Below are positions 35,443 to 47,689 of a DNA stretch of 51,806 bases, one piece after another. The stretch is taken from assembly GCF_004010195.1 (NCBI RefSeq), contig NC_057760.1, positions 2,325,158-2,376,963 of the forward strand, in the 5' to 3' direction. This stretch comes from Chiloscyllium plagiosum. Its lineage: Eukaryota. Below the pieces are notes generated by a model, which ran no database searches, was not told the DNA's origin, and saw only the letters and a program-made list of their open reading frames with translations. The position numbers and the translations under genes were made by a program. The stretch's first letter is position 1; each line of letters opens with the position of its first letter.

Positions 35443-36178
35443 CTACAAGCAAAACAGCAAAATGTTAGTCAAGGAGACTAGGAGGGCAGCCTTTACAATC
35501 CTCAGTTGCTACCATAATGCCCACTCCCCACTACAGTTACAGCCTACCGAAGCTCAAACACAGTGGACTTAGATGCTGGCTACTTTCCCTGTCCCTCTGT
35601 CCTTTTGGACATACTGAGCTGCTGCAGCCGTCTGGGGGAGACAATTCCAAAGATTCCCCACCCTCCCAGTGAGGACATTCCTCCTTGCCTCAGTTAGTGA
35701 TTACCCAGCCCCTTACCCTCCCGTAGGGAGGTGGATTGCTAACCAGCTCCCGGCTTCTGCGTCAAACACTTTCAGAATCTTGCACGTTTCTAAGAGACCA
35801 TCTCTCTCTTCCAAACTTAAAGAGAATACAAGTCCACTCTGACAGGACAGCCCTCTCATTCTCGGGTATCTCAACAAAGCTTGACAAGATCTCTTTTGAT
35901 CTTTACAATGCGACCCCATACCATTTTCAGTTCACCCCCCTTGGTCCCCAACATCCCAGCACCGGCCAATCTTGTTGAGCTTAACAACGAAGCCAATCCG
36001 AATAGAATCAGAGGTCGTCTATTGAAGACGGAGATGAAGAGGAACCCCTTCTCTCGAAGGGGAGTGAGTCTGTGGAATTCTTCATTGCAGAGGGCTATCA
36101 AGGCTGGGTCATTCAGTATATTTGAGGCAGAGATGTTTTTAAATCAGCAAGCGGTGAAATTGAGGGTTATGGGGGAGG

Positions 36179-36262
36179 CAAAAGTGAGGACTGCAGATGC
36201 TGGAAATCAGAGTCTAGATGAGAGTGGTGCTGGAAAAGCACAGCAGGTCAGGCAGCGTCCGA
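36179..36262 (-). mobile_element. Isolated ~85-bp PLE family A tail
   Basis: Matches the family A 3' tail; 14-bp TSD ggttatgggggagg (36165-36178 / 36263-36276). Confidence 0.8.
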
Positions 36263-36898
36263 GGTTATGGGGGAGGGGTAAGGCTGGAGAATGGCGCCGA
36301 GGATGATCTCAGACTTGATGGGCTGGTGACTCCCACTTCTGCTCCTATGTGGGTCACATGACCAAGATGAGAGGACAGGAAAAGGAGAGGGTGTGAATGG
36401 GTGAGAGTGTGGGATCATGGAGGTACCTCAGGATGTTGCCTGGGGTTGGAGTGTTTCAGCCATGACAGAGATTGCACAGTGAACACGGAGGGGGGGAGGG
36501 GACACTCGACTGAGGTGAATAGGACCCTGAGGACCTTCTCCCCCTTAGCAGAGCGGTCAGTCAGCATTGGGCATAGATTTAAGGTAAACAAAGGGGCTGA
36601 AAGTTTAAAGAGGATGAAGAGGGCAGTGGTATCTGGGACACATGCCTGAAAAGGGTGGAAGAGGCTGGATTCATCACAATATTTAAGAATTAACTTGAAA
36701 TAGCCTTGGGGCAATTGCTGAATATTGAGACAATAATGTATAGATGCTTGACAACCGGCAGGCAGCGATACAGTGACGCAAAAGGCCTTTTTTAATGTTG
36801 CAAAGCTCAGCTATTACCATTACCCCTCTCTTCAGTGTAAACGGGACATGAATTACCTCATAATCGCAAAATAGAACCACTCACAGAGAGTCACTTAC

Positions 36899-36959
36899 TT
36901 GAGAATCTTTACGTTCCAGTCGTATAGACTGTCATTAACGAGTTCAACTGCATAGTTTC
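36899..36959 (-). CDS. UBE2Q1: UBE2Q1 exon 7
   Basis: tag|GA AAC ... AA|gtaagt. Encodes (G)NYAVELVNDSLYDWNVKIL(K). Confidence 0.97.
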
Positions 36960-36996
36960 CTATTGACCAGAGAGACAAGTCAATCAGCACACTTTC

Positions 36997-37312
36997 ATAC
37001 AATCCCTACAGTGTGGGAAGCAGGCCATTCGACCCACTGAGTCCACACTGACCCGCCAAAGAACATCTAATGCAGACTTACTCCCAACCTAGCCTGCACA
37101 TTCCTGGGCAATTTCAGCATGGCCAATCCACCCTAACCTGCACATCTTTGGACTGCAGGAGGAAACCGGAGCACCCGGAAGAAACCCATACAGACATGGG
37201 TGGGGGAAGAATGTGCAAACTCCACACAGGCAGTCACCAAAGGCCTGTAATCGAACCCAGGTTCCTGGTGCTGTAAGCCAGCAGTGGTAACCATTTATCC
37301 ACTACGTCACCT
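36997..37312 (-). mobile_element. HE1 SINE
   Basis: V-domain ggaggaaaccggagcacccggaagaaaccca...tgcaaactccacac. Confidence 0.85.
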
Positions 37313-37598
37313 CCGTGCTTGGTCAAAGGGGTGGTCTCAATGTGAAAAAGCTTTTCGTCTTCAGTGAACTGCCAGACTCTCTCACCACCCCTAAACTCTT
37401 TAATCTTCTGCATTTATTTAGATGCCAGTTCTAACCCTGTGACTTCACAAGTAATGGCTACTCCCTATTAGCAATGCCTGTTTAGATAGCAGCGGGATGA
37501 TTATTATATCAATCCTGTCCGCAGCTGACCCCTTCCACTTCTAATTACTTTTGTCTAACCACGTGGCCAGAGTTTAGTGCCCAACCCTAAATGCCCTT

Positions 37599-38315
37599 TG
37601 TTACGACATGGGGTAAACCCCTTTGCTAATTTAAACCATCAATACAGAAAAGATTCACCCCATGGTGTAATCTGTTAAAATTACAGAGGCAAAGAACTAT
37701 CCTAGAGGTCACTATTTAAAGTAAAAATTAACAACTTTATTCAAGTCCAACAGAGAATATTAAAGCAAACAACTATTTACAATTCCTTTCTCTTAAACCT
37801 ATCTTTTACCTCCGACTCTACAATACTAGTCCGATAAAATATCCCAATTTAAGATTTACAAGAAGAAGAAAATAATCATGTTTCAAACCCAGTCAGTTTT
37901 GCAGATTCTCCTCGGGAGATTCTCTCCAGGTCAGCCTCAGTGTTCTGCTGCACTCTGCCCACAGACAACTACCTTTCAGAGAGCTCTTGAAGCTAACAGT
38001 CTACATTTGTTGGTCTTTGGCAGTTCTCCCCTTAACTGCTCAAAATGTCCTGTTTTATACCCCAAAACATTGGATCCTTTCACTGGTTTTAATATTATCG
38101 AAATACTAAATTCAAATTTGATTGGATTTTGGTATCTTGGGTCATAATTTAAACTGATTGGCCGAATTTGAATTTGTTTTCCTTTCATGGCAACCCAGTT
38201 GCTGCTATTTGTCTTGACCCAAGTGTTACATTGCTCCCTTATTCAGGACTCTGTGCTTTGTCAGTCCTTGCTAGCTTTTCAACTCTCTTAAAAGGTACAG
38301 TACACCTTCATAATG
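37599..38315 (-). mobile_element. Probable solo LTR (Gypsy-like, 4-bp TSD)
   Basis: Starts tgttacga and ends tcataatg (imperfect inverted termini). TSD cctt at 37595-37598 and 38316-38319. Minus-strand TATAAAA (38053-38059) lies upstream of AATAAA (37736-37741). Confidence 0.6.
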
Positions 38316-38351
38316 CCTTGAACGCTTGACCATTGAGACTGTGGATCTGCA

Positions 38352-38995
38352 GTCACAGAGTCATACAATAATACAGCACAGAAACAGACCCTCCTGACCA
38401 ATCAGTCCATGATGACCATGTGCCCAAACTAAACTGGTCTTATGGAGGTTTATAAAATCATGAGGGGAATAGATAGGGTAAATAGGCTTTTCCCTGGGGT
38501 GGGGCAAATCAGAACTAGAGGTCATAGGTTTAGGGTGAGAGGAGAAAGATATAAAAAAAGGGACCTAAGGGAACGTTTTCCACATAGAGGGTGGTGTGTG
38601 TATGGAATGAGCTGGCAGAGGTAGTGGTGGGGGCTGGTACAATTACAGCATTTAAAAGGCATCTGGATGGGTATATGAATAGGAAGGGTTTAGAGGGATA
38701 TGGGCCAAGTGCTGGCAAATGGGACTAGATTAGGTTAGGATCTCTGGTTGCCGTGAACAAGTCGGACCGAAGGGTCTGTTTCTGTGCTGTACATCTCGAT
38801 GACTCTAGTCCCACCTGCCTGCTCCTGGCCGATATCCCTCCAAACCTTTCCTATTCCAAGTTTTTTTTTTTTAAAAACGTTGTAACCGCGTCCACGTCCA
38901 CCATTTTCTCAGAAAGTTCATGCCACACAGGAACCATCCTCTGTGTAAAACAAAATCTGCCCCTCATGTCTTTTTCAAAAACCTCTCTCCTCTCA
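38352..38995. mobile_element. Nested HER1/CR1 3' ends: a + copy (about 38438-38805) inserted into a - copy
   Basis: The minus-strand tail ...cccaaactaaact is resumed by agtcccacctgcctgctcc after the + strand insert. Confidence 0.75.
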
Positions 38996-39539
38996 CATCT
39001 GCCAGAATGTTCCCAGGGGTGCAGGCTAATGCTCTGTGGGTCACCGGTTCAAATCCCACCACAGCAGACTTCATTTCAGGAGGGTGGTTTTTCTCCTCCC
39101 ACACACTCCTTTTATAATTCCAGTTTCTTTTTAAGAAAAAATAATTCACTTTAAATTCCACCAGCTGCCATGACGGTGTCCCCACAGCATTAGCCTGGGC
39201 CCCTTGGGGACAGTGCCATTGGTGTGACTGTGCCTAAAGCACCTCAGGGAATTTTAAAATGGTGCCTACCAATGAAATATATTTCAAGTGTTGTCACTGT
39301 CTTGGACTGAGAAGCGATTTGAGCACAGTAAGTTCCCACTGAGAGAGACACGTTGATTGTGGGACACATTTTATAGAATCCCTACACAGTGTAAAAGCAG
39401 GCCATTCAGCCCATCGAGTTTGCACACCATTCCACAGCATGAGGAACTGCATTCATTCACTCCACACCAAAAGGAGCTTGGGGGTGTGGCGAATGGTACT
39501 TAGCAACTTGGAAAGGGGTGCACAGAGTCTTTTTTTTTT

Positions 39540-41840
39540 AAAAATGCATTCAAGGATTGAGAGTATAGCTGGCTGGGCCAGTATTTATTGCCCATCTCCA
39601 ATTGTCCCTATATACAGATAGGAGTTTCAGGATTTTGACCGAGTGACATTGAAGGAATGGCGATGTATTGCCAAGTCAGGACGATGAGTCTGCGTGGCCT
39701 TCTAGATGATAGTGGTCATAAGGTTTGGAAGATGCTGTCTGAAAGGAGTCACTGCAGTGCACCTTGTAGACAGGCACACTGCTGCGACTGAGTGGTGGAG
39801 GGCGTGGATGCGGTGCCAGTGATGTTGGCTGCTTTGTCCTGGATGGTGCTGAGCCTTTTGAGCATGGTAACTGAAAGAAAGACAAAGGCAGTGCGTATGT
39901 GGGAGAAGCAGTCCCTGCAAATTGCCCTTGATGCCACTCTGGGGAATATATCACTGTTCCTTCAGGTACCACTGGGTCAAAATACAGGAATTTCCTCCCT
40001 AACAACACTGTGGAAGTTCCTACACCATATAAACTGCAGCAGTTCAAGGCGGCAGCTCACCACCACCTTCGCAAGGGACAGTCAGAGACAGGGAATAAAA
40101 ACTAGCACAGGCAGTGACCCCACATCCTTTGAATAATTTTTGTTGCAAACTCCTGTATTGCAGATGACACCTAAATTGGTGGTACAGCGGTGGACAATGA
40201 AGGTGGTCATCTAAGATTACAAAGAGATCTTGATCAATTGGGTCAATAGGCTGAGGAGGGGCAGATGGAATTTAATTTGGATAAGTGCAAGGCGTTGCAT
40301 TTTGGTAACATAAACAAGGACAGATTATGCAGTTTAATGTGGAAAAGTGAGCGCTAGTTCACTTTGGAAGGAGTAACAGGAATGCAGAGTACTGGGCTAA
40401 TGATAAAACTCTTGGCAGTGTAGATGAACAGAGACCTCGGTGTCCAGGTGCACAAATCCCTGGAAGTTGACACCCGGGTTGATGAGGTTGTTAAGAAGGC
40501 ATACGGTGTGTTGGCGTTTATTGGTCGGGGGATTGAGTTTCGGAGCCACGGGGTCATGCTCGAGCTGTACAAGACACTGGTGCGACCACACCTGGAGTAA
40601 TGCATGCAGTTCTGGTCACCCCGCATTATAGGAAGGGTGTGAAAGCTTTGGAAAGGGTTCAGAGGAGATTTACCAGGATGTTGCCTGGTATGGAAGGAAG
40701 GAAGGTCTTACGAGGAAAGGCTGAGGGAACGGAGGCAGTTTTCATTGAAGAGAAGATGGTTGAGAGGTAACTTCATAGAGATGCATGAGATAATCAGAGG
40801 GTTAGACAGGGTCGATAGTAAAAGCGTTTTTCCTTGGATGGTGAAAGCTAACACGAGCGGACATAGCTTTAAATTAAGGAGTGATAGATTTAAGACAGAT
40901 ATCAGCGGTAATATCTTCAGAGTAGTAGGGGAGTGGAATGGCCTGCCTGAAACAGTAGGAAACTCACTGACGCTAAGGGCATTTAAATGAGCATTGGACA
41001 TACACAGATAATAATGTCCGGTGTAGGTTAGATGGCCATCAGATTAATTTCACAGGTCGGTGCAACATCGAGGGCTGATGGGCCTGTACTGCGCTGCAAT
41101 GTTCTATGTTCATTGTTCAAGCACTTACACAGTTAATGATAGGGCCCTGGGTAGTGTTGTAGAACTCACACACCTAGGGGTTCAGGTACATAATTCTTTA
41201 AAGTTTGCATCACAGATAGTCAGGGTGGATAAAGCGGCATTTAGTACGCTTATTCTAGGAGCTGGGACGTCACGTCCAGGACATTGGTGAGGCCTCTTCT
41301 GGAGTACTGTGCTCTTTGGGAATACTCACTTCTGATCATCCTGCTACAAGAAGGAATTTATTAAACTGGAGAGAGTTCGGAAAAGATTTACCAGGATGCT
41401 GCCAGGAATGGAAGGTTTGAGATATAAAAATAGACTGGATAGGCTGGGATTTATTTTTCCACTCGAGTGTAGGAATTTGAGGGATGACCTTAGAGGTTTA
41501 TAAAATCATGAGGGCATGTATAAGATGAGTGATTTGGGTCTTTTCCCACGGGTAGGGGATAGTTCAAAACTAGAGGGCATTTTGTTTAAAGAGAGAGGAG
41601 AAAGATTTGAGGACGTGAGGGAGAATATTTTTACACAGAGTGGTTTATGTATGAAACAAAGTTCCAGAGGAAGTAATAGATGCAGGTATAGTTACAACAT
41701 TTACAAGACATTTGGATAAATCCATGAACAGGAAACGTTTGGAGGGATATGGGTCGAGCGCAGGCAGGTGGATGAGTTTAGTTTGGGAATATGATTGGTG
41801 TGGACTGGTCTGTTTCCATACTGTACATCTCTGTAACCCT
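39540..41840. mobile_element. Nested CR1-group LINE fragments
   Basis: ADDTXIGG and LYKTLVRPHLE-type motifs; a second CR1 (about 40345-41110) interrupts the first. Confidence 0.8.
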
Positions 41841-41894
41841 AAAGACAAACTCTTGGGCTCACAACAAACAGTTTAGTCGATGGAAACTCCTTAC

Positions 41895-41979
41895 CTGCTT
41901 TAAAACTCTCTGACCGGTAAATATCCCGGAGCTCTTTCATTAGTCGGTCAGTGGCCTGAACAGAACCTGACACTGCCCC
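41895..41979 (-). CDS. UBE2Q1: UBE2Q1 exon 6
   Basis: cag|GGG ... GCA G|gtaagg. Encodes [28 protein letters not shown](G). Confidence 0.97.
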
Positions 41980-42449
41980 CTGCAAGAACAACAAGCAGTA
42001 TACAAGTCAGCAACAAAACGTTTAATTTTATCAACATGATCATGATTCAACACTCCACTCCCCCCTCCCTCACATTGCCATATTTCTCTTCAGTTCGGAG
42101 CTGTTTTGTTGCTGCCTCCTGCTGGCCACTTCTCTCCCTCGTTGCCGACAAGAACTTGGACTTGTGTAGCATGCTCAGTACAGGAAACCTGTAAGGGACC
42201 TTGTCAGAAGCCAAGTCAGGCTTGTTTCAGTGCATCACTTGAGCAGATGTTAGGGACAGGGGTCCAAAAGCTGGGTCTGACGAACAAGGAGGGAGGGGGC
42301 GAGGGAGGGGTTTAGGGAGACAATTCTGGATCATGCGATCTCCTGGAGGTAGGGCCCTCACTGGGAACCGGGGCAATGCATAAGAGGCCAGAGGTGGGAG
42401 TGCAGGGATCTGACTGCCTCCTCACTGGGAGGGGGGGGGGCAGTGTTAG

Positions 42450-42750
42450 CTTAGATTCTCCTACAGTATGGAAACAGGCCCTTTGGCCCAACAAGTCCAC
42501 ACCAACTCTCCGAAGAGTAGCCCACCCAGACCCCATTCCCCTCCGACTAATGCACCTAACACGATGGGCAATTTAGCACGGCCAATTCACCTGTGGGAAC
42601 CTTTGGAGTGTGGGAGGAAACCGGAGCATCCGGAGGGAACCCACGCAGGCACGGGGAGAATGTGCAAACTCCACACAGACAGTCGCCCGAGGCTGGGACC
42701 CTGGTGCTGTGAGGCAGCAGTGCTGACCACTGAGTCACCGTGCCGCCACC
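42450..42750 (-). mobile_element. HE1 SINE
   Basis: Head, V-domain and tail present on the minus strand. Confidence 0.85.
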
Positions 42751-42769
42751 TCATGGAATGTGTTGGAAT

Positions 42770-43063
42770 GGTTATAGTCCGACAGGTTTATTTGAAATAG
42801 CAGGAGGTGCACTGAAGGGATAGAACCTGCATAAACACACAGGGGGAAGAGGAAATGGGGGGAATGGAGAGAAGTGGAGCAAAGGGCCTCATGACCGTAT
42901 AGGCCAGTGGCTGCCAGGGAGTGGACAGATTTGGTGAGGAGGGAGCGAGAAAGCACGGGTAGAGTGGGAAGGGGTATCTGACAAGGGAGCAGCGCTCTGA
43001 AATGCTTGTGATTTCAAATAAACCTGTTGGACTGTAACCTGGTGTTGTGAGACTTCTGACTTT
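42770..43063. mobile_element. Fold-back element (family C), degenerate, longer spacer
   Basis: ggttatagtccgacaggtttatttgaaat inverted against atttcaaataaacctgttggactgtaacc; decayed core ctgacaagggagcagcgctctgaaa. Confidence 0.65.
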
Positions 43064-43428
43064 ATCATGGCAGGGGCAGGAGCTGGGCAGGAAGGGCATA
43101 GGGGTTTACAACGACAAGGTGGGGGAAAAAAAAAATCAGCAGTATGGTCACTGGGTGGAGTGGGGGTGGAATCTCAGCCCTACCCCCACCATCACCTCTG
43201 CCCAAAAGGGTGCCAATCGTCTCAGTGGGCAGAAGTGGTCTCCCGGCACCCGAACCGTGCAACGCCAGCAGGAATAGGAGCTTGGCATCTTGCCACTCTG
43301 CTTTGACTCAGCACTAAACCACAGCTGCCTTTAAAGTCCTGACACGCACCGGTAACCGAATGGAACAGCTACACTCGAGGGTCACACTAACTCCCGGCAG
43401 TTCAGTAGAGTCCCCTACAGACACGTAC

Positions 43429-43569
43429 ATTTAGATAATCTTGCCTCTGATTCCTCTTGATCTTCTCCAAGATAGCCAGGTTCTCCTTCCCAATGCCTTC
43501 ATCTTCTGATTTCTTGCCCTCTGCAGGCTCTTCCTCCTTCATTTCATAATGATCCAAGTCCTCATTGTC
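43429..43569 (-). CDS. UBE2Q1: UBE2Q1 exon 5
   Basis: cag|GAC ... AAT|gtacgt. Encodes [47 protein letters not shown]. Confidence 0.97.
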
Positions 43570-43981
43570 CTGTGGGAGCAGAAGAAGAGTGGTTAGCCCG
43601 TGACAGATAGATAGTCTCAGTACAACCACCTCCAAGTTTTCGGCCTATTCCCCCCCCCACCAATCTCTGTCGACTCCCTGGCAAGCATTACACCATTCGG
43701 GAAACAGGCCCCTCTGCTCCACGTCAGCCCCCAGTTCCTCTCCCCCTTGTGCATTTATGCAGCTTCTACCCCTTCAATGCACCTCTGCCTTGACCATTCC
43801 CGACTCCACATTTCCCACCCAGCCCGAGCTTTCTGGAGCGGGGAGAGGTTTCTTCTGAATTCATGGCTGGAGTTATTAGCTACTCGTCTGATAGACACCC
43901 TCCCTGGCTCCGGTATCCCCATACATGTGGGAACATCTGTGGACGTCCCCAGGTAAAAAGGGCTAGACTGAAGAAACTCAC

Positions 43982-44032
43982 CTCTGCCATCTCCTCATCC
44001 TCTTCCTCTGACGTCACGTCATCCCGGGTGCT
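43982..44032 (-). CDS. UBE2Q1: UBE2Q1 exon 4 (51 nt, acidic linker)
   Basis: tttcag|AGC ... GAG|gtgagt. Encodes STRDDVTSEEEDEEMAE (cf. recalled human CTQEDVSSEDEDEEMPE). Confidence 0.93.
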
Positions 44033-44044
44033 CTGAAAGCAAAG

Positions 44045-44080
<36 letters not shown>

Positions 44081-44750
44081 GAGACAGACAGAGAGACAGA
44101 CAGAGAGACAGACAGAGAGACAGACAGAGAGACAGACAGAGAGACAGACAGAGAGACAGACAGAGAGACAGACAGAGAGACAGACAGAGAGACAGACAGA
44201 GAGACAGACAGAGAGACAGACAGAGAGACAGACAGAGAGACAGACAGAGAGACAGACAGAGAGACAGACAGAGAGACAGACAGAGAGACAGACAGAGAGA
44301 CAGACAGAGAGACAGACAGAGAGACAGACAGAGAGACAGACAGAGAGACAGACAGAGAGACAGACAGAGAGACAGACAGAGAGACAGACAGAGAGACAGA
44401 CAGAGAGACAGACAGAGAGACAGACAGAGAGACAGACAGAGAGACAGACAGAGAGACAGACAGAGAGACAGACAGAGAGACAGACAGAGAGACAGACAGA
44501 GAGACAGACAGAGAGACAGACAGAGAGACAGACAGAGAGACAGACAGAGAGACAGACAGAGAGACAGACAGAGAGAGACAGACAGAGAGACAGAGAGAGA
44601 GACACACACACAGACAGACAGAGAGAGAGAGACACAGAGAGAGAGAGAGACACAGACAGAGAGAGAGAGACAGACAGATGGGGGGAGAAAGAGAGAGAGA
44701 GAGAGAGAGACACACACACACACAGACAGACAGAGCGAGAGAGACAGCGA
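44045..44750. repeat. Compound microsatellite, mostly (AGAGAGACAGAC)n
   Basis: Directly visible. Confidence 0.98.
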
Positions 44751-44943
44751 GAATGTCAACTCGATACTTGGACAACAGGGCAAACACACAACCTGAACAT
44801 GCAGCAGCATAGTGTCAGAGCAGGTGCGGGGAGAGACGCACTGAAACAGAAGTCCTTTACTGATGTTCAGGGTCAACTCTCCAGTGTCAGGGGGCTGATG
44901 GGATGAGGATAACCAAAGCAAACTGCTCACACTTAGAGATCTG

Positions 44944-45525
44944 ATGTGGAGGTGCCAGTGTTGGACTGAGGTGGACAAAGTCTGAAGTCACATGACATGA
45001 GGTTGTAGTCCAATAGGTTTATGGGTAATATCGATTATCCAAATAAGATCGAGGTCCCAGTGCTTGGGTAAACTGTACGACCTGAACATCAGATTATCCA
45101 AACAAAGTACCCTCCGTTCACGTTGTTCAGATAATTGAGGATGCCCTGTATTTAAAACCATAAGCTTCTAGAGGGCTAGCTCCTTCATTGGGGCGACACG
45201 GTGTCCGAGTGGTTAGCACTGCTGCCTCACAGCACCAGGGATCCAGGTTCGATTCCCAGCCTAGGGTAACTGTCTGTGTGGGTTTCCTCCGGGTGATCTG
45301 GTTTCCTCCCGCAGTCCAAGAGATGTGCAGTTCAGGTGAACTAGCCATGCTAAATTGCCCATTGTATTAGGTGCATTAGTCAGGGGTAAATATAGGGTAG
45401 GGGAATGGGTCTGGGTGGGTTACTCTTCAGAGGGTCAGTGTGGACTTGTTGGGCCGAAGGGCCTGTTTCCATACAGTAGGGAATCTGCATCAGCTGACCT
45501 GGTGTCGTGTGACTTCTGACATTAC
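44944..45525. mobile_element. Family C element with nested insertions (possible MITE fragment about 45027-45150; HE1 SINE about 45190-45485 on +)
   Basis: Left arm atgtggaggtgccagtgttggactgaggtggacaaag, right arm acctggtgtcgtgtgacttctgac. TSD agagatctg (44935-44943 / 45526-45534). Confidence 0.7.
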
Positions 45526-45925
45526 AGAGATCTGGCAGCTCAGCCCTGGGCTGTAAAGCAGGAGGCTCCACCTCAGCCAATCCAGCTCCACCTCCCCCAG
45601 GCCCCACGTAACTGCACCTCACACATTAGCTTCACCGAGCCCCTCCCTCGCAGTCTCAGGTGAACGGACATGGTCTTGAACAGGAGCACTGGGGGTGGGA
45701 ATTGGTCTGTGTCCCAAAGTTCATATGTATCCCTGATCAAACATCACTACCTCGCCCCGTCGTGGGATCTTGCTGTGCAGATGGGAAAAGTGCTGCGTGA
45801 TGCGCTGAGAATTGACCACAGCTCCCCCCCCTCCTCAGTCTCTGTCCTTCTTGCTGACCAACCCCTGCAGGACACAGCATTTCCCCCCCCCTCCCCCCGC
45901 CCCACCCATCCCCATTCCCTGTTAC

Positions 45926-46030
45926 CTGTTCCGTTGGCAGAGGCTGATCCAACATTTCCACATCCGGATGCTGCGGAAGGTTGTAAAGTTTGCACAGGTC
46001 GGAGATTATTCGTTTAAAGTGTTGAAGGAG
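45926..46030 (-). CDS. UBE2Q1: UBE2Q1 exon 3
   Basis: cag|CTC ... CAG|gtaaca. Encodes [35 protein letters not shown]. Confidence 0.97.
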
Positions 46031-46729
46031 CTGCACAGGGAGACAAGGAGACAACGGATCAATACAGGAAGACTGCTCAGCCCATCCAGGACATTCGAAC
46101 ACTGGCCATCTGCCTCACATTGAGCATGGTGGGTCAGATGTTTAAGCAGAGCTTCACGGCTATGACAGAAGGAACCAGGCGTCAGAAAACACCAAACCCA
46201 CTGATCCAACCTGAACACATCTCTTTCATCTTTGATCTCTTTACCCGTCTCTCTCTCTCGAGCAACCTGACTGAATCCTTCGGCAATTTCCACACCACCT
46301 GTGCAACCTGCCCTTCAACTTGTGGTGGTAGGATCACTCCGGAAAATCCGCTCAGCAATCACCTGAAGGAATCCAACGCGAGAATGGGAAAATAAAACAA
46401 CCTCCGAAATAAGAACAGGATATAGCTGGTGAAAATCAGCAGGTCCGGCAGCATCCATGGAGAGAAAGCAGAGGTAATGCTTCAAGGCTGGTGTCTCTGC
46501 AATGGAACTGAGAGCAGTGGGGGTTAAGCAGAAAGATGAGCTGGGTGGTTGGAGGAGGAGGGGGGAGTGGACAGGTGGAGGCAGAGCCTAGACACAGATA
46601 TGAAGGAGTTATGTCAGAATAGAAGGATCATAAGATCCCATGGTGCAGAAAGAGGCCTTTCAGCCCATCAAGCCTGCACCAAACCACCGAAGAGCATCCC
46701 AACCCCCACCCTATCCTTGTAAACCTGCA

Positions 46730-46974
46730 TTTCCCACGGCCAATCCACCCTAACCTGCACATCCCTGGGCACCATGGGACAATTTCCCACGGCCAATCCA
46801 CCCTAACCTGCACATCCCTGGGCACTATGGGACAATTTCCCACGGCCAATCCACCCTAACCTGCACATCCCTGGGCACCATGGGACAATTTCCCACGGCC
46901 AATCCACCCTAACCTGCACATCCCTGGGCACTATGGGACAATTTCCCATGGCCAACCCACCCTAACCTGCACAT
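46730..46974. repeat. 53-bp tandem repeat (about 4.6 copies) derived from the interior of an HE1-type SINE (-)
   Basis: Units start at 46730, 46783, 46836, 46889 and 46942; the SINE tail lies at about 46627-46730. Confidence 0.92.
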
Positions 46975-47164
46975 TTGTAGATGAGAAGCTGAATAAGTGA
47001 GCACGACGAGAGCAGAGGGCTGCAGACAATGGGTAGGCTGTATTGGAAGTAACCCATGACAGGAACACGATTGTCAGGGTGAACAAAAATCACCGACAGA
47101 TCAGGCTCTATAGTTAGTGAAATCAATGTGAAGTTCTAGAGGTTGCAGAGTCCCCGAGTAGAAA

Positions 47165-47194
47165 ATGAGATGAGATGAGATGAGATGAGATGAG
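47165..47194. repeat. (ATGAG)n microsatellite
   Basis: Directly visible, about 6 units. Confidence 0.9.
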
Positions 47195-47689
47195 GAGTAA
47201 GCCATTCAGCCCATTGGTGCCTGCCCCACTATTTAAGATGATCATAGCTGACAGAGTTCCTCAATGGCCTTTCCCCACCTCACCCCTGATCCACCACCTT
47301 CCAGAGGAGATGAACACACAGTGGACTGGGTACATTGTTGACAGGAGCCTTGCCTTGGGTTCTGGAATGGCTTCCAGCAATTGACGCAGCGTGCACAGAT
47401 TTAAACCTATCAACAACCATCAGATCACTACTAATAGGCCCAGGTCCCCAATACACTGACATTCTCATTGCTGTGGGCCTGGAGTCACACCTACGCCCAA
47501 ACCAGGCCACAGGAGATTCCCTTCCCTCAAGAACATTAAGACAATTGCCACTGGACACAGGATGGGCTTTTAATTCCAGAGTTTTACTGATTTCAAGTTT
47601 AACCAGCCTCTGCAGTGAGTATCAAACCCATGTCCCCAAGACATTAGACACGTGCTGTCCTTCTTCTGAGAGTGATTGATGGGGGCAGG

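Noticed and set aside
43880..44978. Long ORFs of 257-319 aa (LSVC/SVSL/LCLS repeats)
   Set aside because: They are open only because the microsatellite lacks A on the minus strand. Only the 51-nt exon 4 is coding.
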